Virus record (IMG/VR): IMGVR_UViG_3300016476_001378
Length of the DNA stretch: 64,000 bases
Direction: 5' to 3' (one strand)
Origin: a virus
Lineage: Duplodnaviria > Caudoviricetes
Below are positions 47,661 to 59,540 of the stretch, in pieces. The translations under genes were made by a program, and so were the position numbers. A model generated the notes under the pieces. That model made no database searches. It was given only the letters and a program-made list of their open reading frames with translations, and was not told where the DNA came from. Numbering within the stretch: the stretch's first letter is position 1; every line of letters begins with the position of its first letter.

Positions 47661-50468
47661 TTAGAATTTAAAGCCAAACTTGGCCGCAGCTGTGTAATTT
47701 GCACTATTGGCTGCAGAACGATTATTGCTGTAAGTTCCTGTCAAACTGAAAGAGAATCTCTCTCCACTATTGTGTGTAAATCCTAAGGAATAAATTTCTA
47801 ATTCTCTAGATGATGAACCTGAGAAAAATTGATTTTTGTATTCGCTAATTAGGTTACTAGTACCAAATCTCCAACCTAACTTTAATCCTGTTTCATTATA
47901 CAGTGGAGAGCCTCCAGCCTTAACAATGACATCAGTTGGTGTCCCCTTTAAATATTCAACACTAGAATAAGTACCTGATAATTCAAGGTTATTAAATCTG
48001 GTAGCAAAGCCGTAACCACGCTTTTCAACCGTACTCAAAGTTCCAGGCTTTATTGGATCGTCAGGGTTTAAGATGTAATTGCCTTGCAAGGCCAATCCCT
48101 TAATTGCATTGACTTGCACCACTGTATTTGTAGTATCACTATTTAACAAAGGATTATTGTCTGTAGATTCTCTCATTTTGACAGAAGAATCAACTTTAAA
48201 TAGTGTTTTATTTGTACCGAAAGCTGCGCGATAATCTCTCACATCAATTCTTTGGGCCCCATTTGATGAAGTTGAAACTGCTGTTTGCAAAGTTGCTGTA
48301 GGCAAATTATAAGAGAATGAATGCTTCACAGATGAAAAAGTTCTGTCATTGATAGTGTTTTCTTGCTGTTCAGTTGTTAAAGTTATGTTCTTTGAAGGAA
48401 CAAGATTAACGCCTAGCCCAGTTTTAGTTTCTACTATATTCCCGTTCTCACTGTTATAGTTATTAACAGAAACTCCAACAGATGTGCCTCGACCCCAAAT
48501 TGGCGTAGAAACACTCACTGCATTATCTTTGACATCATGATTAGTGTTAGCGGTTTGTGTTGAGCTTTGATTTGCAGAAGCAACAACATTTGCAGAACCT
48601 ACTACACTTTGAATCTTAAACTTATCAGCTACACTATTTGTATCAATTTTGTTTTGTGTGGAATCTGTATTTGTTCTTTGAAATTCAAAACCTGGTGAAC
48701 GCTTTTTAGCAGGAGCTGCAAAACTAAATCTTTGTTGGTCAATTTTACCTGTTGTTTTATCAGAGCCAACAAGATCAGAGCTAATTGATTCAAGATTAAA
48801 CAAACCGGGGCCCAATTTTAAAGAAACATTGCCAGAGTCAGACATCACAGTATTGTTTTTGCCATCAGGAGTGTATGTTTCCGTGGTTCCTGTGCGAATT
48901 GTAAGGTTAGCGCCACCAACAAGGGATTTAACCTCTGTAAGCTCGTTAGAAGAGCCCACAAGCACACCCTTGTCATTTCGTTTTATGTTTTCATTTATTG
49001 TAAACTTTGCTACAGGCACAGATTTGGTAGATGGCAAAGAGAACAATAAGTTCTGTTCACTAACATCTTTTCTGTCAGTACCATTGACATTTGAATCAAC
49101 CTTGTTGAAGTTAAAACTAAATTGGGTTTTATTTAAACTCGCAGAAAAAGAACCTTTATCATTGATTGAATTAATAACTGTGTTATTTGTAGTGGTATCA
49201 TTCTCTACGCGCCCAAAATCAACTCCACCAAAACCATGTTTATTACCTTTAAATCCAAGATTATAAACTCTTTGGTCGGTTTGTATTGACCTGCTACCAA
49301 TTTGTGTATTAGTTTGATTTGACGCAAAACCCAATGTGCCACCAGATAATTTAGTATTGTAATTAACAGTATCTGTAACAGTGTCTATTTGGCCTGTTTT
49401 CGGATCTTGTTTGCTGTCAGTGGTACGATTGAATTTCAATTGTGGCAAGCTTGCAGACAAAACATTTTGATTAGTTACAGTTCGTGTTTTATTAGATGTA
49501 ACATCACTAGAAGTTGTTTTGTAGGCTAAATCTAAGGCCCCAAATTTTGAATTTAAATTACCATTCTCGCTACGATTAGAAGAAAATACACCCTTGGCGT
49601 CTGTGCCTTGTTGATCATTGACAGAATAATTTAAAAGGGGCTTATTCCCACCACCAAACTTAAAAGCAGCATTTTGAGTAGTATTTTCTACAGAACTATT
49701 TAAGCTCTTATTATCGTTAAAGTTAAATATTAAACTGCTATCTTTACTCGGGCTAAATTTTCCATTCAGAGAAGACACCTCGGAAGAGTCTGTTGTACCA
49801 AAACTCTTACTGTATGGAGAGAACCCTTTCCCGCCACGTTGGTAGGCTGCATTTAAGCCATTGGTATTATTGCCTGTTGCATAACCTAGCTTAACAGCAC
49901 TTTGATTCGTTAAGTTTGTTTGCCCTGTAACATTTGGGGCTAAATACAATTCACTATTTAAACCACCAGCTCTAGAAGCATAATTTAAAACAGTGGCAGG
50001 TGCTGTATTCATGCTGCTACTTGGGAATGTTGTTAATTGTAGATTCTTCACACCTAGGGCGGCCAATTTAAAAGTCAAAGGAGCTGTTAAAGCTGGATTG
50101 GAGTTCTTAGTAGCAGACTCTGGATAATAACTATAATTAACCTTGACAACTTGTGTTCTTTTGATTAGTTGGTTAAAAGTTATTTCACCCTTTTCTAGAT
50201 TGATAGAGTAATCGCTAGTTCGCAGGGGCAAATCATCAACAGTTACCCAGACAGGATAACCTGGTGCTAAGATGAAGTTTCTCCAAGAAAGAACATAAGG
50301 CCCCTTTTTATCTTGACCTAAAAAACTATCAGCTGTCCGATCAGGCTCTGAAAGATTAGACAAGGTTTTAGGAACCCTATTAATTTGTTGAAATAAGGGG
50401 GTTTGTTGTGCGAAGCTGGTCGCACTCATAAATATTATAATAGTAGTAATTGAAAGTTTAGAAAACAT
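47661..50468 (-). CDS. Large secreted beta-strand-rich protein, possible outer-membrane protein
   Basis: Signal peptide from MFSK (50468); DYSINLEKGEITF; S/T/N-rich amphipathic strands; ends AAAKFGFKF. Confidence 0.6.
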   Translation of the reverse strand: MFSKLSITTIIIFMSATSFAQQTPLFQQINRVPKTLSNLSEPDRTADSFLGQDKKGPYVLSWRNFILAPGYPVWVTVDDLPLRTSDYSINLEKGEITFNQLIKRTQVVKVNYSYYPESATKNSNPALTAPLTFKLAALGVKNLQLTTFPSSSMNTAPATVLNYASRAGGLNSELYLAPNVTGQTNLTNQSAVKLGYATGNNTNGLNAAYQRGGKGFSPYSKSFGTTDSSEVSSLNGKFSPSKDSSLIFNFNDNKSLNSSVENTTQNAAFKFGGGNKPLLNYSVNDQQGTDAKGVFSSNRSENGNLNSKFGALDLAYKTTSSDVTSNKTRTVTNQNVLSASLPQLKFNRTTDSKQDPKTGQIDTVTDTVNYNTKLSGGTLGFASNQTNTQIGSRSIQTDQRVYNLGFKGNKHGFGGVDFGRVENDTTTNNTVINSINDKGSFSASLNKTQFSFNFNKVDSNVNGTDRKDVSEQNLLFSLPSTKSVPVAKFTINENIKRNDKGVLVGSSNELTEVKSLVGGANLTIRTGTTETYTPDGKNNTVMSDSGNVSLKLGPGLFNLESISSDLVGSDKTTGKIDQQRFSFAAPAKKRSPGFEFQRTNTDSTQNKIDTNSVADKFKIQSVVGSANVVASANQSSTQTANTNHDVKDNAVSVSTPIWGRGTSVGVSVNNYNSENGNIVETKTGLGVNLVPSKNITLTTEQQENTINDRTFSSVKHSFSYNLPTATLQTAVSTSSNGAQRIDVRDYRAAFGTNKTLFKVDSSVKMRESTDNNPLLNSDTTNTVVQVNAIKGLALQGNYILNPDDPIKPGTLSTVEKRGYGFATRFNNLELSGTYSSVEYLKGTPTDVIVKAGGSPLYNETGLKLGWRFGTSNLISEYKNQFFSGSSSRELEIYSLGFTHNSGERFSFSLTGTYSNNRSAANSANYTAAAKFGFKF

Positions 50469-50486
50469 GACAAACCCCCTATTAAT

Positions 50487-50512
50487 ATTATAGTACAAAA
50501 AAGAGGGGCCCT
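50487..50512 (-). promoter_or_regulatory. Putative phage promoter AGG-N17-TATAAT
   Basis: AGGgcccctcttttttgtacTATAAT; overlaps the dnaK terminator. Confidence 0.45.
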
Positions 50513-50545
50513 GTACTAGAGCCCCTCTTAATTCTGAGATAATTA

Positions 50546-52381
<1,836 letters not shown>

Positions 52382-52467
52382 TTACATTAAATAATACAAG
52401 AAAGTTCAGAAATTTTCGTAACTTTGAAACAAAAATAAAAGGGGGATGTTCCCCCTTTTATTAGAAA

Positions 52468-52824
52468 TTACTTGACTGGAGGTTGAGCTTCGCGATTACC
52501 GCGTCCGCCGCCCTGTCCGCGGCCAGCTGCACCATCTACACCACCACGAGCATCAGCTGCAGGGAGTTCTGCCTTAGCAACAAGCTTAAGGCCATCTGCT
52601 GAATACTGATAAAGGGTGCTGCCACGAAGTACATAAACGTAGCGATCACTTGCTGCTACAGAAGCACTGCCTGCTCCACCACGAAGACCCTGGCCGCCAC
52701 CTTGACCTTGTCCAAAAGCTGGGCGGCCTTCTGGACCACCAAAGCCGCCAGGAACTGGCGCCTGTGCGAAAAGTGCTGTTGCAACAGCCGATACAGCTAC
52801 GACTGAAAGAATCATGCGATTCAT
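52468..52824 (-). CDS. Secreted Gly-rich small protein
   Basis: Signal peptide from MNRM; YVYVLRGSTLYQY core flanked by GGR/GQG tracts. Confidence 0.65.
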   Translation of the reverse strand: MNRMILSVVAVSAVATALFAQAPVPGGFGGPEGRPAFGQGQGGGQGLRGGAGSASVAASDRYVYVLRGSTLYQYSADGLKLVAKAELPAADARGGVDGAAGRGQGGGRGNREAQPPVK

Positions 52825-52889
52825 GTTTTTAATTCTCCTTGAATTGATTTCAAGATAATTATCTAACAAATTAAACGCATTCAGTACAG

Positions 52890-53390
52890 TTATTTACTTA
52901 CTTTGAAAAATAAATAACAAGAGGCCCCTTCTTTTGTTTGATCTGTCATTAAGGGCTTATCGTAATCGTAGCCACTATCATCTACAAAGCTCTCCATAGA
53001 CTTGAATCCAAGAGCTTCTAGCTTTGGCATAAGATCTTCTTCTGTATTCCAATGAGTTTCTCTAGGTATTACTTTCCTGCCCATCTTGGAAGAAAAACTA
53101 TGTCTATGTGCGGGGTTGAATCTTGAGGGCCACAAGCATTTCTCGTACAAGCTGAAATCTGGAACCACTGCAATAAATGTGCCGCCTGGCTTGAGGATAC
53201 GATAAATGTTCTCAAATAAAAAATTAAAATCATCAAGTTTTTGCAAACATTTATCAACAACGACCATGTCTGCAATCTCATTATTTAATTCGTAAAATTT
53301 ATTGAGTGAATCAAATTTAATATTGATAAAATAATTTTCATCACCACTCTCAAAACTTGTTTCCCCAATATACAAACCTAATTTACTCAT
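52890..53390 (-). CDS. Class I SAM-dependent methyltransferase-like protein
   Basis: IYRILKPGG..AVVPD, FNPAH; motif I degenerate. Confidence 0.65.
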   Translation of the reverse strand: MSKLGLYIGETSFESGDENYFINIKFDSLNKFYELNNEIADMVVVDKCLQKLDDFNFLFENIYRILKPGGTFIAVVPDFSLYEKCLWPSRFNPAHRHSFSSKMGRKVIPRETHWNTEEDLMPKLEALGFKSMESFVDDSGYDYDKPLMTDQTKEGASCYLFFKVSK

Positions 53391-53424
53391 AAAATAACCT
53401 CTCTTCAATTGTACAATTTAGAAT

Positions 53425-54102
53425 ATGGAAAGAACCAGACGCATAGAAAAATTGTTCATTCAGTACACTGATGAGTTAAGTGCAAATAGCGAAACTCTAT
53501 TTTATCAAAAAGAGTTTAATACTTATGAGTACTACAATGAAGAGAATCTCAAAGATTGTATTGAAGCAACAATAACAAATTGCTTTGCAGCTGAGAACTA
53601 TTTAGAACAAGGTTATAAATATTTAAACGAATACTTAAAAATTAACAATTCTTTTGCAATTTTTGGAACTGTCAAAGATGACCCAGAGATTAAAAAATGT
53701 GTTGAAATGATTAGAGACATGCTCCTGAGACTAAGAACTTTAAAATCAGAATTAATTAGTCTTTTTATCATGCAAACAAACTCTTTTTCTTACAAGCCAA
53801 CAAAGATTCCAAATGAAACTTTAAATCTCACTTTGTTATTTAATAATAAATATAAAAACCCAAAGACTCCAGAGATAATGGTTGAGTTTGCTGTGCGATC
53901 TTTAGTAAACACTGAAATGTGTTTATCAGCGCTTGATCACATTATTTCTTATTATTTTGACAAGCATAGTAAGCAGATCTTATGGGCTGATGAAGAAGAT
54001 GCTCCAACTTTAGAAATCAATAATTATGAAGAAAGCGCCGAGGCTTTGCTCGACGCTTTCTTAGATTTTAAATTAAATCATTTTGTATTATTGAATATTT
54101 GA
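53425..54102 (+). CDS. Hypothetical protein
   Basis: 225-aa ORF; TGTACAAT 7 nt upstream. Confidence 0.6.
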   Translation: MERTRRIEKLFIQYTDELSANSETLFYQKEFNTYEYYNEENLKDCIEATITNCFAAENYLEQGYKYLNEYLKINNSFAIFGTVKDDPEIKKCVEMIRDMLLRLRTLKSELISLFIMQTNSFSYKPTKIPNETLNLTLLFNNKYKNPKTPEIMVEFAVRSLVNTEMCLSALDHIISYYFDKHSKQILWADEEDAPTLEINNYEESAEALLDAFLDFKLNHFVLLNI

Positions 54103-54719
54103 TTTCTATTTCTAAAAACAATATTAGCTTCATTTTGCCAAGCATCATTAGCTTGCACTGCAACAATTTCAAAATTATGTTCAGTTAAGAATTTCATCAT
54201 TGTATCAATCATAACTTGATTTTTATAGAGTGCGTTGTATTTAATAGCAACTTCTACAACGCCTTCTTTAATTTTATGAATGTGTTCACCCATGCCTTTA
54301 AGTACATTCAAATCACTGCCCTGGGTGTCACAATGGAAATAATTAATGCATTCAATGCCATGCTCTTCAATAAAAGCATCTAAACGAATAACATCAACTT
54401 CAATCTGATCTGTGATTTCAAAGTGATGTTTTACAGGCCCCCAATTTGTTTCTAACTTATCTGAATATTCAAACAAACTTGAAGCACAATGATCCCCAGA
54501 CTCATGGGAAACATTGAAATTGGCTTTGCCATTAAAGTCACTTACAGCTGTTTTAAACACAAAAACATTTTGTAAATCTTTAGCTTTTTCAACTATCTTC
54601 TCGTATGATTGAGGAACTGGCTCAAAAGCATAAAGAGTTACTCTGTCAGGATAGTCTATGGCATACTGCAATGTAGAACTACCAACATTAGCCCCTACAT
54701 CAAAAATTATATCTTTCAT
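54078..54719 (-). CDS. FkbM family methyltransferase
   Basis: FDVGANVG, AFEP, AVSD, RLD, DTQGSDLNVLKG. Confidence 0.9.
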   Translation of the reverse strand: MKDIIFDVGANVGSSTLQYAIDYPDRVTLYAFEPVPQSYEKIVEKAKDLQNVFVFKTAVSDFNGKANFNVSHESGDHCASSLFEYSDKLETNWGPVKHHFEITDQIEVDVIRLDAFIEEHGIECINYFHCDTQGSDLNVLKGMGEHIHKIKEGVVEVAIKYNALYKNQVMIDTMMKFLTEHNFEIVAVQANDAWQNEANIVFRNRNQIFNNTK

Positions 54720-54760
54720 AATATATGATTGTACATTTTTGATGTAGAAGCTATAGTTTA

Positions 54761-55114
54761 TTATTTAAGTAAAAGAAGATACTTGGTTTTATTTAAGAGA
54801 CCCAACATTTCATCACGAATGTTTAGGAGATCTGTGTCTTCTTTTTTAAGTTCTTTTGGCAAATCATTGGTAAGATAATCAACAAAAACGTCAATCATGT
54901 CAACTGGCTTGCTGTCAAGGTTTTCTAATTTCATCTTCACGCCACCGCTTGGAACAACGATTCCATTCTTGCCTTGAAAAACTTCAACGAATTCATCAAT
55001 AAGGCCGTCAAGACCTTCATAAGCCTCACCGAAAGCCTTATGTTGAGCATAAGATTCTGTTTGCCAGTGGAACATTCTGAACTGGTTTTGCATTGCTAAT
55101 AAAGAGCCGATCAT
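54761..55114 (-). CDS. Ferritin/Dps-like four-helix protein (DUF5856-like)
   Basis: FHWQTESYAQHKA...DEFVE..QG...LLNIRDEM...KYLL. Confidence 0.8.
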   Translation of the reverse strand: MIGSLLAMQNQFRMFHWQTESYAQHKAFGEAYEGLDGLIDEFVEVFQGKNGIVVPSGGVKMKLENLDSKPVDMIDVFVDYLTNDLPKELKKEDTDLLNIRDEMLGLLNKTKYLLLLK

Positions 55115-55159
55115 AATTGTAAATACCTTTTTAAAAGTCGCTATATTTAATATTACAAT

Positions 55160-55444
55160 ATGTTTCCACTGGACACCTATTTAAAGAACTGTAAAATAAG
55201 AACTATGATGAATGATCAATTATCACCCGGCGAAACCATTGCTCAGATTATCAAACATAGAAAAATGAGCAATGCCAAACTTGCACAAGAATTAGAGATA
55301 AGCTTAAGTAGGCTAAATAACATTCTTACAAACAAAGAGAAACTGGATGAAGAAATGTTTCATGCACTGCAAATAGTTTTAGGGTTTCATCACAGTTATT
55401 GGAAAAGCTTGCAAGATAATTGGAATAACAAAAGGGGCCATTAG
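55160..55444 (+). CDS. HigA-like XRE helix-turn-helix protein
   Basis: SPGETI...MSNAKLAQEL.IS...I...W..LQ; real start may be at MMND. Confidence 0.75.
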   Translation: MFPLDTYLKNCKIRTMMNDQLSPGETIAQIIKHRKMSNAKLAQELEISLSRLNNILTNKEKLDEEMFHALQIVLGFHHSYWKSLQDNWNNKRGH

Positions 55445-55671
55445 GCCCCTTTATTTAAAAAGTTTAACTCTTGATAGAGAAATTCTTCTGGATCAATATT
55501 AAAAATCTCTAGTGTATTGTTGTCAAATGTTTCAAAGTTGAAACTATAGTCGTCGTGCACCACTGTTGCTATTTCTTCTTTATCCAACCTGTCAATGATA
55601 GTTTGCAAAGCTTGCTTTAGTGATTCTTTTGACGAAGCTGAAATAAGAGTGTTAAAATGTATTGTATTCAT
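55441..55671 (-). CDS. Hypothetical protein
   Basis: 76-aa ORF. Confidence 0.5.
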   Translation of the reverse strand: MNTIHFNTLISASSKESLKQALQTIIDRLDKEEIATVVHDDYSFNFETFDNNTLEIFNIDPEEFLYQELNFLNKGA

Positions 55672-55703
55672 GCTATTATAGCAACAGTAGCGCTTTTTTA
55701 AGA

Positions 55704-56015
55704 TTAAATATTGTCTTGAACAAACTTTTGCAGCTTGTCAATAGTTTGATTGCCAGTAATTCTCTTTACTTCCTCACCATTCTTTACAAGAATAAGGGTT
55801 GGAACTGCTGATACACCAAAGTGATCAACAAACTCGCGAGTTTGGTCAACATCAGCTGCTACTACAACAACATCTGTATTCTCTTCAGAGAACTTTTCCA
55901 ATGTTGGCTTTAGTGCCTTGCAAGGGCCACACCAGGTTGCCCAGAAGTCAAGAAGAACAGGCTTCTCAGACTTCAATACTACTTCTTCAAATGTTTCATT
56001 AGTGACTTCTGTCAT
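55704..56015 (-). CDS. trxA: Thioredoxin
   Basis: DFWATWCGPCK. Confidence 0.95.
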   Translation of the reverse strand: MTEVTNETFEEVVLKSEKPVLLDFWATWCGPCKALKPTLEKFSEENTDVVVVAADVDQTREFVDHFGVSAVPTLILVKNGEEVKRITGNQTIDKLQKFVQDNI

Positions 56016-56080
56016 TTTAAATTACCTCGAAGATATTATTGTCTTTTTAAAATAAAAAAGCCCACCGAAGTGGGCCTCTT

Positions 56081-56404
56081 TTATTTAATTCTTTTAATTT
56101 TGAAAACTGGCTTTTCTTCTTCAAATTTAAATTGCTCTACATGAGGTTCCATAGCCAAACTATCATCTACTTTATCTTCGTCTGGGTTCGGAACAATTGG
56201 ATTTAAATCTTCGAGCATTTTTAAATAATTCTGCTGATCAATCTCATGCTGATCTGCATCTTCAAAGGAGCGATCTACATTTAAATCTTTGAATTCATTG
56301 GCAATTCTAATAAAGAGGCTCTGAACAGCATCAGCTTGCTTCAATAAACCTTTATCTTCTAAAGAAATAATTATGTTATCTAATTCTGATAAAATTGAGT
56401 CCAT
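56081..56404 (-). CDS. Hypothetical protein with N-terminal shared tag
   Basis: IISLEDKGLLKQADAVQSLFIRIA. Confidence 0.65.
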   Translation of the reverse strand: MDSILSELDNIIISLEDKGLLKQADAVQSLFIRIANEFKDLNVDRSFEDADQHEIDQQNYLKMLEDLNPIVPNPDEDKVDDSLAMEPHVEQFKFEEEKPVFKIKRIK

Positions 56405-56414
56405 TGTTTTGTCC

Positions 56415-57149
56415 TTACTTTAATAAACTTGTGACTGAAGGTGAACTCCAGAATTTGCATGACCAGTATTTAGCTGTTGTTTTGTCCTTGGCTCTTGGGT
56501 CTGTATCACAATTGTGGCGAGCTCTGAAATTCTTTCTTCTATTAGGGTCGTCGCGCTTGATACTAAGGTTTGGATCGCCGAATGTTACTTTTACGATGTT
56601 GCCTTTGTCATTTTTGACATAAACTGCAAATTTTTTGGGGCCGCCTGGTGTTCTAAATGGCTTATTAAGTTTTACATTACCCGGCTTCTTTGCAGCAGTT
56701 CTATGTTTCATTGACATTTTAGTAAAATCAACGCCTGGGAAAAGATTATTAAGCAAGGTTTCTTTTACATGCTGCTTGCATTTGCATTTGCTGTCTTTGC
56801 AAACACAGTGCATACCCTTCATTTGGAGAGTACCTTTGCACTCTGGACAATCAATGTTACCTATACCAACTCTATGAAGAAATTCTTCTATTTCATCCTT
56901 CATGTCGATGGTACAATCGCAGTCATCATCACCACAATTACAGAGGCCATCTTCCATGTCCATCTCACCACCACATTCTGGACATTTAACACCTTCTTTT
57001 TCAAGAAGCTTTAAAATCTTGCCAACCATAGGGTCTTCATCAGACGCAATTCTATTCAAAGAAGCGGTGACTATGTCAGCTTCATTATAAAAACCCATTT
57101 CATCTAATTTGTCTGCGATTGCAGCTAAACGAACTGCTATTTGATACAT
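56415..57149 (-). CDS. Tagged protein with two Cys-rich zinc modules and a conserved basic phage domain
   Basis: ADKLDEMGFYNEADIV; CPECGG/CPECKG; KLNKPFRTPGGPKKFAVYV...FGDP...FRARHNCD...YWSC. Confidence 0.7.
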   Translation of the reverse strand: MYQIAVRLAAIADKLDEMGFYNEADIVTASLNRIASDEDPMVGKILKLLEKEGVKCPECGGEMDMEDGLCNCGDDDCDCTIDMKDEIEEFLHRVGIGNIDCPECKGTLQMKGMHCVCKDSKCKCKQHVKETLLNNLFPGVDFTKMSMKHRTAAKKPGNVKLNKPFRTPGGPKKFAVYVKNDKGNIVKVTFGDPNLSIKRDDPNRRKNFRARHNCDTDPRAKDKTTAKYWSCKFWSSPSVTSLLK

Positions 57150-57176
57150 TGTTTGTCTCCAAAACAGAAGATTCTT

Positions 57177-57716
57177 TTATAAATCTTTAGTTAAATCGTT
57201 TATTAAGTCCTGGGCCTCTAAATTAATTTTATTCCAAAGTTTATCTTTTTCTTCACCCTCTGGAAGTCTTTTTGGATAAACTTTTAAGTCTTGGAGTTTT
57301 TGTTCCCAGACATTAGTTAATGTTTCCACCATAGCCTTTTTAATGCGACCACTAGTCTCTGGGCTTAAATGATTATCTTTTTCACCAATGTGTAAGCTAT
57401 CCAATACATACTGCTTACCAATGTATTCAGGTGAATTATCAATCCAAATGTGAATTTGATAACCAGCATTGACAGCTGCTTCTCTTTTCCACTGACTGCC
57501 CGCAAATACAACTTGTATGTCATTTAAATTGTATTCTTCAGAAAAGGTTTTTAGTGTTTGATAAACTTCTGCTTCCCATTTACCAGTTTTGCTTCTGCCT
57601 GTAACAATTATTACATTGTGGCCAGCTTCTTGAATAGTTTTAAAAATCTTGCCAAAGCAATTAAAATCTGCTGTGATTGTGTCATCGTAATCAACGCCAA
57701 AATTTAAAATAGACAT
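57177..57716 (-). CDS. HAD-like hydrolase
   Basis: DYDDT, VTGR, K, WIDNSP. Confidence 0.75.
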   Translation of the reverse strand: MSILNFGVDYDDTITADFNCFGKIFKTIQEAGHNVIIVTGRSKTGKWEAEVYQTLKTFSEEYNLNDIQVVFAGSQWKREAAVNAGYQIHIWIDNSPEYIGKQYVLDSLHIGEKDNHLSPETSGRIKKAMVETLTNVWEQKLQDLKVYPKRLPEGEEKDKLWNKINLEAQDLINDLTKDL

Positions 57717-57771
57717 ACTTACCTCTCTAGATTTTGTACAAATTATTAATAATAAAAGGGGGCTTTAATTT

Positions 57772-58656
57772 ATGAGTGAAAAATGGGGCACAGCCTGTGG
57801 TGTTTGGGGCGATATAATTGTTGGTCTTGGACTTTTTCTTGACCGAGTTGGTAAGGGTAACATTTTATATCTTGGCAACAGTGATGAGATTGTTGAATTT
57901 TTAGAATGCCAGCCTTTTATTAATAAAGTTAAAAAATTACCTTTGCCAGAGGAAGAATGGAAGAGGTATTGGATCTACACAGTTTTTAATTATGACTGGC
58001 AAAAAGATCCAGGCTACAGTATTAGGCCTATCGACCCCTTTTTAAGAATGGGTTACAGAAGTAGCGAAGTAGAAATCACTCATCTACACTATGATGTTTG
58101 TGACCCCAATCATCCAATGTATCAATGGCATGGGGTTAAGCTGCCCCAACACATTGAAGACTGGGCGGATGAAGAAGCCAAGAAGCTACCAGAGAATTTT
58201 TATTTATTTCAGCCCTATAGCTTCAACAGCAACAATCCCCACGATCACTGGCCTATCTGGCCTGAATTATGTAATGCCATTACCACAAGAACTAATAAGA
58301 AGCTGGTATTAATAGGACACAAATGGTATCCAGAGATTGAAAGAAGATCATCAGTGATGTTCAAATCTCCTATGATAGCTGATTACTATAGTAATGTGCC
58401 CAGCATGATGCACATTTTTGCACTTGCAAAAAGATCTGTTGGTGTAATTACAACAAGTAATAGTTTAGCCCACTGGTGCCAAATTGCTGACATACCTTGT
58501 ACGGTAATTTGCAATAGAAAAAGTTCAAGGCCAGACTATATCTTTAGAAGAGTATTAGTCTGGCCCACTTTAAAATTAGTCAACTTTGACGATGATCTAG
58601 AGACTGCTTATAATGCTGTTGGAGAAGGTGTTTTCTCTGCAGAAAAATTTATTTAG
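57772..58656 (+). CDS. GT9 (heptosyltransferase)-like protein
   Basis: GVWGDI, FQPYS, W..W..L, ITTSNSLAHW...IP. Confidence 0.6.
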   Translation: MSEKWGTACGVWGDIIVGLGLFLDRVGKGNILYLGNSDEIVEFLECQPFINKVKKLPLPEEEWKRYWIYTVFNYDWQKDPGYSIRPIDPFLRMGYRSSEVEITHLHYDVCDPNHPMYQWHGVKLPQHIEDWADEEAKKLPENFYLFQPYSFNSNNPHDHWPIWPELCNAITTRTNKKLVLIGHKWYPEIERRSSVMFKSPMIADYYSNVPSMMHIFALAKRSVGVITTSNSLAHWCQIADIPCTVICNRKSSRPDYIFRRVLVWPTLKLVNFDDDLETAYNAVGEGVFSAEKFI

Positions 58657-59527
58657 AGGCTTCTCTATTTAAGAAACAGCTTCTGTGGTCTGCATTATGG
58701 AGAAGTTCTGCTTCTTTTGTCTTAGGCTCAACAGGCACTCCCCATTCTCTCCTGCCATGGTGTGAGAGAATCAAATGCAAAATGTGTTCTCTCTTATCTT
58801 GTGGAAAATCAGGAATTTTGACAATTTCTTCATGGACCCAAAAAGCACTTGAACAGAGATGGGGAATCAGTTTGCCGCTTTCTGAGATAACATAATCATA
58901 ATTGTCATTGACTTGAATTTCATCAATCTTGCCAATGTCATGCAACAAGGCTGCTGCTATAAGAACATCATAATCAAGTTTATCATAGATCTTTAAATCA
59001 TGCCTGATAAACTTACATACTTCAACTGTGTGGTCTAAGAGACCATGGGTATAAGCATGATGAATGCCTTTTGCTGCTGGCCACATGACAAATTTCTCTC
59101 TTAAGCGGCCTTGGGAACCTAAAAGATTAGCAACCATCAATTGAATAGAAGTATCTGTAATGGTCTCAATAAGTTTATCAAGTGTGGCTACCAATTCTGG
59201 ATAAGGCCTGGATGCTATTTGAAAATAAGGAGATAAATCTTCTGGTGGTGATACTATGTCAACGCTTTGTGCCTTGACATTTACCATGCCCTTAAAAGAC
59301 TCAACCTTGCCCTTGATTCTGACAAACTTATTCTTTTCTAAATCAGTTACAATGTTTTTGCATGCTGCTTCTGGAAAATCAAATAGCATAACAGACATTT
59401 CACCGCTCAGATCTTTGATTATAAGCTTGACCCAATTATTGCCATTGTTATTCTTGTGCTCATAAAAAGAGACGAAAGAAATCATGTCCACTGCATTACC
59501 AGGGGCTAAATCGGCTATACGAACCAT
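58649..59527 (-). CDS. yhaM: YhaM/Cbf1 3'-5' exoribonuclease (OB plus HD)
   Basis: OB fold (KDLSG..., KGKVESFKG); PAAKGIHHAYTHGLLDH, LLHDIGK, ILSHHG..EWG.P..P.T.EA.LLH.AD. Confidence 0.88.
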   Translation of the reverse strand: MVRIADLAPGNAVDMISFVSFYEHKNNNGNNWVKLIIKDLSGEMSVMLFDFPEAACKNIVTDLEKNKFVRIKGKVESFKGMVNVKAQSVDIVSPPEDLSPYFQIASRPYPELVATLDKLIETITDTSIQLMVANLLGSQGRLREKFVMWPAAKGIHHAYTHGLLDHTVEVCKFIRHDLKIYDKLDYDVLIAAALLHDIGKIDEIQVNDNYDYVISESGKLIPHLCSSAFWVHEEIVKIPDFPQDKREHILHLILSHHGRREWGVPVEPKTKEAELLHNADHRSCFLNREASK

Positions 59528-59540
59528 TTATAGATACTTC

